A stretch of 64,000 bases of DNA from Acidobacteriota bacterium (GCA_021730945.1 JAKFYH010000016.1:66533-130532); one strand, 5' to 3'. Positions 29,740-39,409 are shown, counted from the first letter of the stretch. Numbers and translations are program-made. The notes: generated by a model not told the origin, from the letters alone.

Positions 29740-30996
29740 GTGTTGACGAAGTGGGCAAGAACGGCGTTTCTCTCCGGCCTCGACAATGTCAAGGGCGGAG
29801 CCCTCACCATCAACTGCGCGGATCGCACCTACCGGTTTGGCCAGGCCGGCGAGCTGGATGCGCGGCTGTGCATCCACGACGACCGCTTCTTCCTGCGGGC
29901 GCTCACCGGTGGGCAGATCGGCCTGGGCGAGTCCTTCATGGATGGAGACTGGACGACCCCGGACCTGGTGCCGCTGGCACGGCTGATGCTCCGCAGCCGG
30001 CAGGCCCTGGACGCGCAGACCCGCGTGATGGGTGCGCTGCACCAGATCGGAGGCGCGATTTCGCGACGCCTGCGTGACAACTCCATCGCCGGCAGCCGCC
30101 GCCACATCCATCGCCATTACGACCTGGGCAACGACTTCTTCCGGCTCTTCCTCGACACCGAGTTGCTCATGTACTCCTGCGCCGCCTTCGAGACGGCCAG
30201 CGATTCGCTGGAGCAGGCGCAAGCCCAAAAGGTCGACCGCATCTGCCGGACACTGCAGCTCGGCCCGTCCGACCACGTTCTTGAAATTGGCAGCGGCTGG
30301 GGCGGATTCGCGTCGTGGGCCGCCACCCGCTACGGCTGCCGGGTCACCACGACGACCATCAGCGACGAGCAGTACCGGCACGTGCGCGGCGTGCGGTCGC
30401 AGCTGGGTGAGGCCGGGTCGCGCATCGAGGTGTTGCATGCCGACTACCGCGAACTGACCGGCCGCTACGACAAGGTTGTCAGCATCGAGATGTTCGAGGC
30501 CGTTGGCCTCAACCACTACGACGACTATTTTTCGGCGGTCGACCGCCTGCTGGCCACGGGCGGCGCCATGTTCCTGCAAACCATCACCGTCGATGACCAA
30601 TGGTTCCCGCACTACCACGGCACACCGGACTGGATCGAGAAGTACATCTTCCCGGGCGGCGAACTGGCGTCGGTCGGCGAGATCATGAAGTCGCTCACGC
30701 GCACCACGTCGCTGTCGGTCTATCACGCGCAGAACCTGGGCACGCACTACGCGCGCACGCTGCGAGCCTGGCGCGAACGATTCCATCGCAACCTCGACCA
30801 CGTCGTCGCCCTCGGGTTCGACGACCGGTTCATTCGCATGTGGGACCTGTACCTCGGTTCCTGCGAAGCGGCCTTCCTGGAGCGCCACACCGGGCTGTTC
30901 CAGTTGATGCTGGTGAAGAACGGCTCACAGCAGGTGTGGTTCAACGAGCCTTGGGCTGAAGACCGCGCGGTCTCCCGGCAGGAGTCAGCGGCGTGA
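29740..30996 (+). CDS. cfa: Cyclopropane-fatty-acyl-phospholipid synthase family methyltransferase (UfaM/CfaB-like)
   Basis: HYDLGNDFF, VLEIGSGWG, SIEMFEAVG, YIFPGG, HYARTL. Confidence 0.93.
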   Translation: MLTKWARTAFLSGLDNVKGGALTINCADRTYRFGQAGELDARLCIHDDRFFLRALTGGQIGLGESFMDGDWTTPDLVPLARLMLRSRQALDAQTRVMGALHQIGGAISRRLRDNSIAGSRRHIHRHYDLGNDFFRLFLDTELLMYSCAAFETASDSLEQAQAQKVDRICRTLQLGPSDHVLEIGSGWGGFASWAATRYGCRVTTTTISDEQYRHVRGVRSQLGEAGSRIEVLHADYRELTGRYDKVVSIEMFEAVGLNHYDDYFSAVDRLLATGGAMFLQTITVDDQWFPHYHGTPDWIEKYIFPGGELASVGEIMKSLTRTTSLSVYHAQNLGTHYARTLRAWRERFHRNLDHVVALGFDDRFIRMWDLYLGSCEAAFLERHTGLFQLMLVKNGSQQVWFNEPWAEDRAVSRQESAA

Positions 30997-32024
30997 CCGG
31001 CGCCTCCCCGGCCCGAGCAGAGGCGCACCATCATCCCGCTGGCACCGCGCCCGACCGCTGGGACGTGATCCGGGCCATCGAACCGGTGGTAGGAGACAAC
31101 CTCGACCTGCTTGTGCCGATCGAGCGGGCATGGCAGCCCACCGACTACCTGCCCGATCTGGAAGCCGATGGGTGGCGCGATGAGGTGGAGCGTTTTCGCC
31201 GGTCTGCCGAGGCGATCTCAGACGACCTGCTCGTGGTCCTGGTGGGCGACATGGTCACCGAAGAGGCGCTGCCCAGTTACTCGGTGGCGCTCAATGGCCT
31301 GGTGCGCGACACCGAGGGCACGAGCCCGGCACCATGGGCCCGCTGGCTGCGCGGGTGGGTCGCCGAAGAGAACCGGCATGGTGACCTGTTGAATGCTTAC
31401 CTCCGCCTGACCGGACGCGTCGACATGCGCGCGGTCGAGCGCTCGATTCACCACCTGATCGCCAACGGCTTCAATTCCGGGAGCCAGGCTGACCCCTACA
31501 ACCTGATCGTCTACACCTCGTTCCAGGAGCGCGCCACGCGCATCTCGCACGCCAATGTGGGCAAGCGGGCCGGCCGGGAGGGCGACCCCCAACTGGCCCG
31601 CATCTGCGGGATGATCGCCAGTGATGAAGCGCGTCACGAGACCTTCTACACCCGCATGATGGGCGAGGTGCTCGAGCGCGATCCGGCCGGTGGCATCCTG
31701 GCGTTCAGGTCGATGCTGCGGGGCCTGATCGCGATGCCGGGCCGCCACATGCACGACGGCCGCGATCCGGATCTGTTCGATCACTTCGCCGTCGTGGCCC
31801 AGCGGATCGGCGTCTATACGGCGCGCGACTACGCCTCCATTATCGAGCACCTCGTCCGAGCCTGGAACATCGCCGGCCGGTCGGTGAGCGGCGCGGCCGC
31901 CCGCGCCCAGGACGAACTGTGTCAGCAGGCCGACCGATACATGAGGCTGGCGGAGCGAACTTCCGCGGCGCTTGCCAGGCAGCCTCCAGTTGCGTTCAGC
32001 TGGCTGCGGGATCGCAAGGCCTGA
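30993..32024 (+). CDS. Soluble di-iron acyl-ACP desaturase
   Basis: WQPTDYLP, TEEALPSY, WVAEENRHG, FQERATRISH, DEARHE; GTGA overlap. Confidence 0.92.
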   Translation: MTGASPARAEAHHHPAGTAPDRWDVIRAIEPVVGDNLDLLVPIERAWQPTDYLPDLEADGWRDEVERFRRSAEAISDDLLVVLVGDMVTEEALPSYSVALNGLVRDTEGTSPAPWARWLRGWVAEENRHGDLLNAYLRLTGRVDMRAVERSIHHLIANGFNSGSQADPYNLIVYTSFQERATRISHANVGKRAGREGDPQLARICGMIASDEARHETFYTRMMGEVLERDPAGGILAFRSMLRGLIAMPGRHMHDGRDPDLFDHFAVVAQRIGVYTARDYASIIEHLVRAWNIAGRSVSGAAARAQDELCQQADRYMRLAERTSAALARQPPVAFSWLRDRKA

Positions 32025-32056
32025 CGAGTGCGGGAAGTGCGCGGTAAAGTGTAGCC

Positions 32057-32785
32057 GTGTCACAGATGCCGGATGCCGTCCGGGCCGAGCTGGCGCCACA
32101 GGGCCGGCTGCGTGCCGCCCTGAACGACGCCAACACGCTGCTGATTTCCACGCGCGGATCCGATCCCACGGGCGTGGCCCCCGACCTGGCGCGCGAACTG
32201 GCCGCGCGGGCCGGCGCGACCGTCGAGTTCATCGGATACGCCAATGCCGGACTGGTCGCCGACGCGGCCACCACCGGCGCCTGGGACGTGGCCTTCATCG
32301 GCGCCGAACCGCAGCGCGCCGGCGAGGTCGCCTTTTCGCCGGCGTATGTCGAGATCGACGCCACCTTTCTGGTGGCGTCCGATTCCCCCTTCACGCGGAT
32401 CGACGAGGTCGATCGCGACGGAGTTCACATTGCGACGGCGGCGCGGGCGGCCTACACGCTCTACCTGCAACGCACGCTGCGCCACGCGGCCCTGGTCGAG
32501 GCGGAGGGGCTGCCCGGCGCGTTCGAGCGATTTGTCGGGATGAAGCTGGATGCGTTGGCAGGACTGAAGCCCAACCTGATCGCGGACGCCCGCAAGCTGG
32601 CGGGGGCGCGGATCCTCGCCGGCCGCTTTACCGCGGTGCAGCAGGCCATCGGCACGCCCAAGCCACGAGCGGCGGCGGCGGCCTACCTGGCCTCGTTCGC
32701 CTCTGAGATCGTGGTGTCGGGATTGCTGGCACGCGTGATTGCGCGCCACCAGGTGGAAGGGCTGTCGATCGTGCCGGCGCGCTAG
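32057..32785 (+). CDS. Orphan substrate-binding-domain protein (type 2 PBP fold)
   Basis: LAPQGRLRAALN, GVAPDLARELA, WDVAF; no signal peptide. Confidence 0.8.
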   Translation: MSQMPDAVRAELAPQGRLRAALNDANTLLISTRGSDPTGVAPDLARELAARAGATVEFIGYANAGLVADAATTGAWDVAFIGAEPQRAGEVAFSPAYVEIDATFLVASDSPFTRIDEVDRDGVHIATAARAAYTLYLQRTLRHAALVEAEGLPGAFERFVGMKLDALAGLKPNLIADARKLAGARILAGRFTAVQQAIGTPKPRAAAAAYLASFASEIVVSGLLARVIARHQVEGLSIVPAR

Positions 32786-32848
32786 TGGGATTCCGGCGAG
32801 GCCGGGCGAGGACGCCGCAAAACGCGAGCGCCCCCGCCCATCCCTCAC

Positions 32849-35434
32849 TTACTGCTTATAGGGCGGCCGTGCCAGCCACTCCTGAGGTTCTTCGCCAATC
32901 GGTGCGCCGGGCGGCGCCGCCGACGGCGGCACGATCCGCGCCGAGAGCGCGTCGTTCATGGGTCGCTCAAGGAAGCGCTTGATGTCGGCGGCCATCAGCA
33001 AGCGGTGCGCCCGTTCCGATTCGGCCTGCGAACCCACCGCCGCCGGGCCGACGTTGGCCGCACGCGCGCGGAGCCGGTCGAGCTTGAGCGATGCAATCGC
33101 CCGCACCTGCGCATTCTGCGCCGATGCCGCCAGCCACATCACGCGGTCGACCAGCACGCGTTCGGTGGCGCGCCGCACCTCAGCCTCGTAGGTGCCCGAG
33201 GTCGGGGCGTCAAACGTCGCCCTGACCAGCCGGTCGATCACTTCGCCCAGGCCCGGCAGCGACTGGTCGACCGCCGACTGCGTCACCATGCGCGCCGCCC
33301 GATCGCCCTGCAGCATGAAACCGATCGTGACGTCGGCGGCAATGGCCGCCGGGTTGACCGGGTCGAAGCCCTCGCCGGTGGTGCGCGGGAACAGCTCGCG
33401 GTGCATGCCCAAGCCGGGCGGACGCGGCGGAATCAGGTCGAGAATCCGCTTCGGAATGGTGAGCTCCGAGGGCTTGAGCGTCAGCGTCAGCGCGTCGATC
33501 GCCTTGCGCTGCGCTTCGCCCGACACCCACGCCGTCGGCGTGCGGCCATCGTCGCGCATGGCATAGACGAAGTCCTGCCCGCCAATCGACGATGCAGTGC
33601 TTTCGACCGCGTAGCGGTGATACATGTAAATCGGGACCAGCGGTTCTTCGATCAACACCGTTGGCGTACCGGTGCGGATGGTGTTGGTGCCGATGCGGTC
33701 GAGCGCTGCTCGCCGCACCTTCATGAGGCGTGTCAGTTCGTCGGTCTGGACGGCGCCGTTGGTCCACTGGTCGGCCTTCGGGTGGATGTCGGTGTCCTGG
33801 TTGGTGAAGTAGCGCAGGTCCGCCGCCCACGCGTCGTTCAGGATCTTTTCCAGCGCCGGGTCGTCGTTGGCGCCCTTCGGGAACTCGCGATAGCCGTAAT
33901 TGATGGCCACCTTGTCCCACTCGCCGATGTTCTGGTGGTAGGCCCGCGACAAGTCCATGCGGCCGTCCTCGGTGAGCTCGGCCAGTGCCACCGGATAATC
34001 CATCACCGAGATCCAGCCCTTGGTGCTGTCGTAATAGTTGTGGCCCAGGCCGAGCGTGTGACCGACTTCGTGCGCCGACAACTGGCGGATGCGGGCGAGG
34101 GCGGTCTCGTAGAGCACCGCCGGGCGCTCGTTGCCGTTGACGTAGGGTGAGGTCAGGCCTTCGAAGATCATGTAGTCCTGGCGATCGCGCAGCGAGCCCA
34201 GGGTGACCGTGGCCTTGATGATCTCGCCGGTGCGCGGATCCGACACCGAGCCGCCGGTGCTCCAGCCGCGGGTCGAGCGATGCACCCAGTTGATCATGTT
34301 GTAGCGGATGTCCATCGGGTCGGCGCCCGCGGGCAGGATGTCGACCTTGAACGCGTTCTGGAAGCCGGCCGCTTCGAAGGCGGCGCTCCACCAGCGCGCG
34401 CCGTCAAGCAGCGCCTGCCGGACGTCTTCCGGCGCTCCGGAATCGACCCAATACTGAATCGGCTTGATCGGCTCGCTCATCGCCGCTGCTGGATCCTTCT
34501 TCTGCAGGCGATGCCGCCGGATGTGGCGGAACTGCATGGGCTCGCCAATCGGCGTGCTGTAGTCGACAAACGTGGTGCCGCCGTAGCCGGCGCGCGGATC
34601 GTCGAAGCGCGGCGTGAAGTTGTTGTCGGGCAGCTCCACGAACGAGACGTGCTCGCGCAGCGTGACCGAGTCGGCCGACGGCGTGACGCTACCGACCGAA
34701 CCCGAAAACAGGCCGCCGCCGAAACCGCCGCCGCCACCGCCGCCGCCGGTGCCGCCGATCACTTCAGGACCCTGCGCCGGGCCGCCGCCGCCGCCACCCG
34801 CGCCGCCGGTCGGTTCATTCACAAACGTCAACATCACGTCGACTTCCGTGTTCTTCGGAAAGTTCTTGGTGTTGGGGACATAGATGGTGCTGCGCGTGCG
34901 ATCGATGCGGTAGTTGCCTGGCCGCAGGCGGCTGCCGGCGTTGTACCAGTCGCGCATGAAGAAGTCGGTGGCGTCGACCAGCACCCGATCACCGGTCATG
35001 GCGGCAACCGTGAAGCCCCACAGCACCGACTTGGCAAACGAATCCTCAACCGACTTGCGCTCGAGCGGGTTAGTGCTGCTCGACCGGAACGACTGGTTAC
35101 CCTGCACCATCAGGACCTTGCGGCCCACTCGCTGGAACTGGACGATGCGGCTGCCGCCGCCCTGGCCGCGATCGAGGCCGATGTCGTTGGAACCCAGGCC
35201 GGCCGACAATCCGTTCGAGAACAGGAAGTCGGCATCGAACCGGGAGATCTCGAGCAGCAACTGGCCCGAGTCCTCGCCCCAGTAGAGCGGGAAGTAGCCG
35301 TCGAGTTTTGTGTAACCGGTGACCCGTGTCTCGATCGAGTCGAGGGGGGCCGGTCGCGGCGCGGCCTGCTGCGCATCGAGCGCAGGTCCCGCCAGCAGAA
35401 TGGCACCGATAAGCAACACGCACTGTTTGAACAT
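32849..35434 (-). CDS. Secreted Zn-dependent metalloprotease (met-zincin, DUF5117/DUF4953-type)
   Basis: Signal peptide; HEVGHTLGLGHN, SVMDY Met-turn, DPRTGEII. Confidence 0.92.
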   Translation of the reverse strand: MFKQCVLLIGAILLAGPALDAQQAAPRPAPLDSIETRVTGYTKLDGYFPLYWGEDSGQLLLEISRFDADFLFSNGLSAGLGSNDIGLDRGQGGGSRIVQFQRVGRKVLMVQGNQSFRSSSTNPLERKSVEDSFAKSVLWGFTVAAMTGDRVLVDATDFFMRDWYNAGSRLRPGNYRIDRTRSTIYVPNTKNFPKNTEVDVMLTFVNEPTGGAGGGGGGPAQGPEVIGGTGGGGGGGGFGGGLFSGSVGSVTPSADSVTLREHVSFVELPDNNFTPRFDDPRAGYGGTTFVDYSTPIGEPMQFRHIRRHRLQKKDPAAAMSEPIKPIQYWVDSGAPEDVRQALLDGARWWSAAFEAAGFQNAFKVDILPAGADPMDIRYNMINWVHRSTRGWSTGGSVSDPRTGEIIKATVTLGSLRDRQDYMIFEGLTSPYVNGNERPAVLYETALARIRQLSAHEVGHTLGLGHNYYDSTKGWISVMDYPVALAELTEDGRMDLSRAYHQNIGEWDKVAINYGYREFPKGANDDPALEKILNDAWAADLRYFTNQDTDIHPKADQWTNGAVQTDELTRLMKVRRAALDRIGTNTIRTGTPTVLIEEPLVPIYMYHRYAVESTASSIGGQDFVYAMRDDGRTPTAWVSGEAQRKAIDALTLTLKPSELTIPKRILDLIPPRPPGLGMHRELFPRTTGEGFDPVNPAAIAADVTIGFMLQGDRAARMVTQSAVDQSLPGLGEVIDRLVRATFDAPTSGTYEAEVRRATERVLVDRVMWLAASAQNAQVRAIASLKLDRLRARAANVGPAAVGSQAESERAHRLLMAADIKRFLERPMNDALSARIVPPSAAPPGAPIGEEPQEWLARPPYKQ

Positions 35435-35459
35435 GACCAATCCTCGCGGAACATTCTAC

Positions 35460-35491
35460 CCGCCTTCGCGCCTTCGGCGCTTCGGCGCGAC
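35460..35491. repeat. REP-like CCGCCTTCGC/GCTTCGGCG hairpin element (short copy)
   Basis: CCGCCTTCGCGCCTTCGGCGCTTCGGCGCGAC; shares its 5' end with the element at 45944. Confidence 0.5.
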
Positions 35492-35593
35492 CAGTCCGCG
35501 CGTGCTGGGTTGCATCAGCAGACAATCTTGTCTGTGTGCGCTGTATGGACAGATATCTGCGCATGAGCTTGATGCGGGTACACTGCTGCGGTC

Positions 35594-38500
35594 GTGTCGT
35601 GGCTGTTCCTGGTGGCATACACATGTTCGGGCCTCGCCGGACTGACTTACGAGGTCAGTTGGACACGGCTGCTCACGCTTTATCTCGGACACACAACCGC
35701 GGCGGCCAGCGCCGTGGTCGCGGCGTTTCTGGGCGGGCTGGCGGTCGGTGCGGCCGCGGCCGGGCCGGTGGCCGGGCGACTCTCGCCCCGCCGCAGCCTC
35801 CAGGCCTACGCCGGCCTGGAGATTGGCGTGATCGTGGCGGCGTGGTTGTTGCCTCACGAGCTCTCCCTGCTGACACCCGTGCTTGGCTGGGCCTATGGAG
35901 ATGGCGCACCGGGTGTGGTGTTTCCTCTGATTCGCGTCGCGGCATGCCTGGTGATGGTGTTTGTGCCGGCGGTGGCGATTGGCGCCACCTTTCCGCTCTC
36001 CATCCGCTGGTTCGCTCACGCATCGGAACAACCTGCGCGTGACAGCGGCACCTTGTATTTCCTCAATACCGCCGGCGCCGCCACCGGCGCGCTGCTGGCC
36101 GGCTTTGTCCTCATTCCGCAATTGGGCATCACGCGAACCACCTATGTCGGCATGGCGGCAAGTCTCCTGGCCGCCGCCGGGGCCTGGCTGATTCTTCGGT
36201 CACCCGAAGTGCCCGCGCCGAAGGTCGCGAAGCAGAAGCGATCCTCCACCGTCACCACGAACCCGGTCGCGCCGGTGCCCATGTGGCTGCCCGCCCTGGT
36301 CTTGGGCTTGTCTGGCTTCGCGTCGCTGCTCCACGAGATCGCCTGGACGCGCATCCTGTCGCTCGTGCTTGGCCCAACCACTTACGCTTTCGCGGCAGCC
36401 CTGGCGGCGGTGATCACCGGCGTGGCGATCGGATCGGGCGCCGGCACGTGGATGGTGGCGCGCGCCAAACGTCCAGCCGTGTGGCTCGCCGCCGTCCTGT
36501 CGGTCGCGGCGGTGATCACAAGCTGGACCTACTCGCTGGCCGGCAACGAGGTGCCGATGATCGTGGCCCGCCAGGTCGCCGGTTCGTCCACCTACTTCGA
36601 TCAACTGCTGGCGCAGGGTGCGCTGCTGATTGCGGTACTCGTGGTGCCCACCGCGGTCTGCCTCGGCGCGGCCTTTCCGTTGGCGCTGGCCCTGGCCCAC
36701 GACCCGTCGCAAGCCGCGCCGGCGCGCTTCAGCCTGGTCTACGCGGTCAATACCATTGGCGCGGTCGCCGGCTCGCTCGCGGCCGGCTTCTGGTTCATAC
36801 CGAAGCTGGGATTGCAGCCGACCCTCTGGACCGCCAGTGGTTGCCTGGTGCTGGCGGCCCTGGTGGTCGTCGCGGTCGCCGAGATGCCACGTGCCTTGCG
36901 CCTGGCCGGCGTCGGCCTGGCCGCCGCCACCGTCGTGCTGATCGTGTTCAGCCCCGCCTGGGATCGCGAACTGCTGGCCAGCGGCGTCTACATGTACGCG
37001 CCCTACGTGCCGAAGGATCTCGACCTCGAGACCCAATTGAAGGCCGGCACGCTCCTCTACTACCGTGAAGGCGCCTCTGCCACCGTTTCCGTGAAAAAAC
37101 TGACCGGCACGACGACGCTGGCGGTCGACGGCAAGACGGACGCCTCGAACCGGGGCGACATGCTGACGCAGAAACTGGTGGCCCACCTGCCGCTGTTACT
37201 GCACAGCGACCCACGCGAGGTCGGAATCATCGGCCTCGGCAGTGGCGTCACGCTCGGCGCCGCCCTCTCGCACTCGATCGCCCGCGCGGATGTGCTCGAG
37301 ATCTCACCCGAGGTGGTGGCGGCGTCGGCGTTCTTCACGACCGAGAATCGCCACGCTCTTGCCGATCCCCGCACCCACCTGATCGTCGGTGACGGCCGTT
37401 CACACATGCTGCTTGGCCAGCGCCGCTACGACGTGATCATCTCGGAGCCGTCCAACCCGTGGATCGCCGGCGTGGCGGCGCTGTTCACCCAGGAGTTCTT
37501 CGCCGCGGCTCGCGACCGCCTGGCACCGGGCGGCGTCATGTGCCAGTGGGCGAATGCCTACAACATCAGCGACGCCGATTTGCGATCGATCCTGGCAACG
37601 TTCCGCTCGGTGTTTCCCCACGGCACCGCCTGGCTGGTCGGCGGGGATGACGTGCTGATGGTGGGCTCAACCGAGCCGTTGGACGACCGGCTGGCCAACA
37701 TCGAGCGCAACTGGAATCGCCCTGGCGTCGCCGAAGACCTGGCGCTGGTCGCCGCCACCGATCCTTTCGCGATCTACGCCCTCTTCGTGGCCGGCCCCGC
37801 CGAGCTTGCGACCTACACCGCCGACGCGACCGTGTTCACTGACGACGCCTCCCGGCTCGAGTTTTCGGCGCCGCGAGAATTGCACAACCGGAGCGCGGGC
37901 GACAACGCCGCCGCGCTGGCACGACTGTTGGAGACCGGCAGCGGGCCGCCGGTGATCCGCGACGCCCGTCGGCGCGCCTCCTCCCGGCAATGGCGAATCC
38001 GCGGCGACATGATGGCCAAGGCCGATGTCTACCAACTGGCCTACGATGACTACGTCCGCGCCCTGACCATTGATCCGCGCGACCACGCCGCGCTGGCGGG
38101 CCTGGTTCGCATTGCCGTGCTCACCAGGCGCGGCGCCGATGCCCTGGCCTGGGTCAAGTCGCTGACGGTGGATCGTGGTGGTGATGTCGAGGTGCAGGTC
38201 GCGGTCTCGAAGTTGCTGGCCTCGATTGGCTCGGCCGCCGAGGCGGTGACGATCGCCCGCGATGCGGCCGCGACCACACCGGTGTCGGCGGTTGCACTCG
38301 AGCAACTGGCGTCGCTGCTGGCCGATGCCGGCGACTTGACCGCACTTGACGCCACGGTGACCCGCCTGCGCCAGGTGGCGCCGCAAGCGCCGGCGGGTTA
38401 CTACTACGCCGGCGCTGCCGCGTTCATGCGGGGCGACCTTGCCGGCGCGGTCCGGCTGGGAGAACAGGCGATGGCCGCCGACCCGACCTACGCGCCGGTC

Positions 38501-38737
38501 TACGATCTGCTCGGCGCGGCCCACACGCGACTGCAGCACCCGGACCAGGCGCGCGCGGCCTTCGCGCAGTCGTTGATCTTTGACGCCCACGACAGCACGG
38601 CGTACACGAACCTCGGAGTGCTGGAACTGGGCCTGGGAAGGCGGGAACAGGCGGCGCGATATTTTGCCGAGGCGCTGTGGCTGACACCGGAATCGCCGGT
38701 GGCGAGGCAGGGCCTGGCGCAAGCGTCGGCCCGATAG
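35594..38737 (+). CDS. Fused multi-TM (MFS-like) / spermidine synthase-like protein with C-terminal TPRs
   Basis: SGLAGLTYEVSW repeated as SGFASLLHEIAW; IGLGSGVT, DGR, YDVIISEPSNPW; TPR-like tail. Confidence 0.88.
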   Translation: MSWLFLVAYTCSGLAGLTYEVSWTRLLTLYLGHTTAAASAVVAAFLGGLAVGAAAAGPVAGRLSPRRSLQAYAGLEIGVIVAAWLLPHELSLLTPVLGWAYGDGAPGVVFPLIRVAACLVMVFVPAVAIGATFPLSIRWFAHASEQPARDSGTLYFLNTAGAATGALLAGFVLIPQLGITRTTYVGMAASLLAAAGAWLILRSPEVPAPKVAKQKRSSTVTTNPVAPVPMWLPALVLGLSGFASLLHEIAWTRILSLVLGPTTYAFAAALAAVITGVAIGSGAGTWMVARAKRPAVWLAAVLSVAAVITSWTYSLAGNEVPMIVARQVAGSSTYFDQLLAQGALLIAVLVVPTAVCLGAAFPLALALAHDPSQAAPARFSLVYAVNTIGAVAGSLAAGFWFIPKLGLQPTLWTASGCLVLAALVVVAVAEMPRALRLAGVGLAAATVVLIVFSPAWDRELLASGVYMYAPYVPKDLDLETQLKAGTLLYYREGASATVSVKKLTGTTTLAVDGKTDASNRGDMLTQKLVAHLPLLLHSDPREVGIIGLGSGVTLGAALSHSIARADVLEISPEVVAASAFFTTENRHALADPRTHLIVGDGRSHMLLGQRRYDVIISEPSNPWIAGVAALFTQEFFAAARDRLAPGGVMCQWANAYNISDADLRSILATFRSVFPHGTAWLVGGDDVLMVGSTEPLDDRLANIERNWNRPGVAEDLALVAATDPFAIYALFVAGPAELATYTADATVFTDDASRLEFSAPRELHNRSAGDNAAALARLLETGSGPPVIRDARRRASSRQWRIRGDMMAKADVYQLAYDDYVRALTIDPRDHAALAGLVRIAVLTRRGADALAWVKSLTVDRGGDVEVQVAVSKLLASIGSAAEAVTIARDAAATTPVSAVALEQLASLLADAGDLTALDATVTRLRQVAPQAPAGYYYAGAAAFMRGDLAGAVRLGEQAMAADPTYAPVYDLLGAAHTRLQHPDQARAAFAQSLIFDAHDSTAYTNLGVLELGLGRREQAARYFAEALWLTPESPVARQGLAQASAR

Positions 38738-38746
38738 CCGGCGCCG

Positions 38747-39358
38747 TCAGCCCAGTTGGCGATAGGGGATCTCGCGAAACATCGGCAGGCCGGCGACCTG
38801 GATGATGTCGATCAGTCCCTGCCGTTCGTGGAACTCCTTGCTGTCGCGATCGATCACGATCGTGTCGGGGTAGAGCGGCGCCAATCGCCGAAACTCGGCG
38901 TCGATCAGGCGGAAGCGGCGCACCATCATTTCGGCGCTTTCGTGAGGCCGATTACGCAGCCGAATATGCTTCTCGATGGTGTCGGTGCTCGAGGTCAGCA
39001 CGATCACCTTGTCGGGCCGCCAATCGTCGCCGATGGTGAGCACGCGCCGCAGCGCCTCGTGGTGCTCGCGCGGATACTCCGCGATGTGCGCCTCAAGCGT
39101 GATGCGCGCGCCCTCGAAGAAGATCACCTTGTCGGGCGCATCGTGCTCGGCCGCATCGCGGTAGTTGGCATCGTAGAGCCGGCCGAAGTAATCGGTCACG
39201 CCGACCGCGTTCACACCGTGGGCGATGTCCTCGAGCACCTGCGGGTCCCAGACGCCCTTCTCGCCCTCGCCGTAGGATCCGTTGTGATAGAGGTCGGCCA
39301 ATTGCCGTACCAGCGTGCTCTTGCCGACTCCCGGACCACCGACGATCGCCACGCGCAT
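38747..39358 (-). CDS. P-loop kinase, deoxynucleoside/nucleoside-monophosphate kinase-like
   Basis: GGPGVGKST; PDKVIVL; lid IRLRNRPHE. Confidence 0.7.
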   Translation of the reverse strand: MRVAIVGGPGVGKSTLVRQLADLYHNGSYGEGEKGVWDPQVLEDIAHGVNAVGVTDYFGRLYDANYRDAAEHDAPDKVIFFEGARITLEAHIAEYPREHHEALRRVLTIGDDWRPDKVIVLTSSTDTIEKHIRLRNRPHESAEMMVRRFRLIDAEFRRLAPLYPDTIVIDRDSKEFHERQGLIDIIQVAGLPMFREIPYRQLG

Positions 39359-39409
39359 TGCTGCGATCTTGGCCCCAACCGGGCGGCGCCGTCCACCTGA
39401 AAAGGGCCC

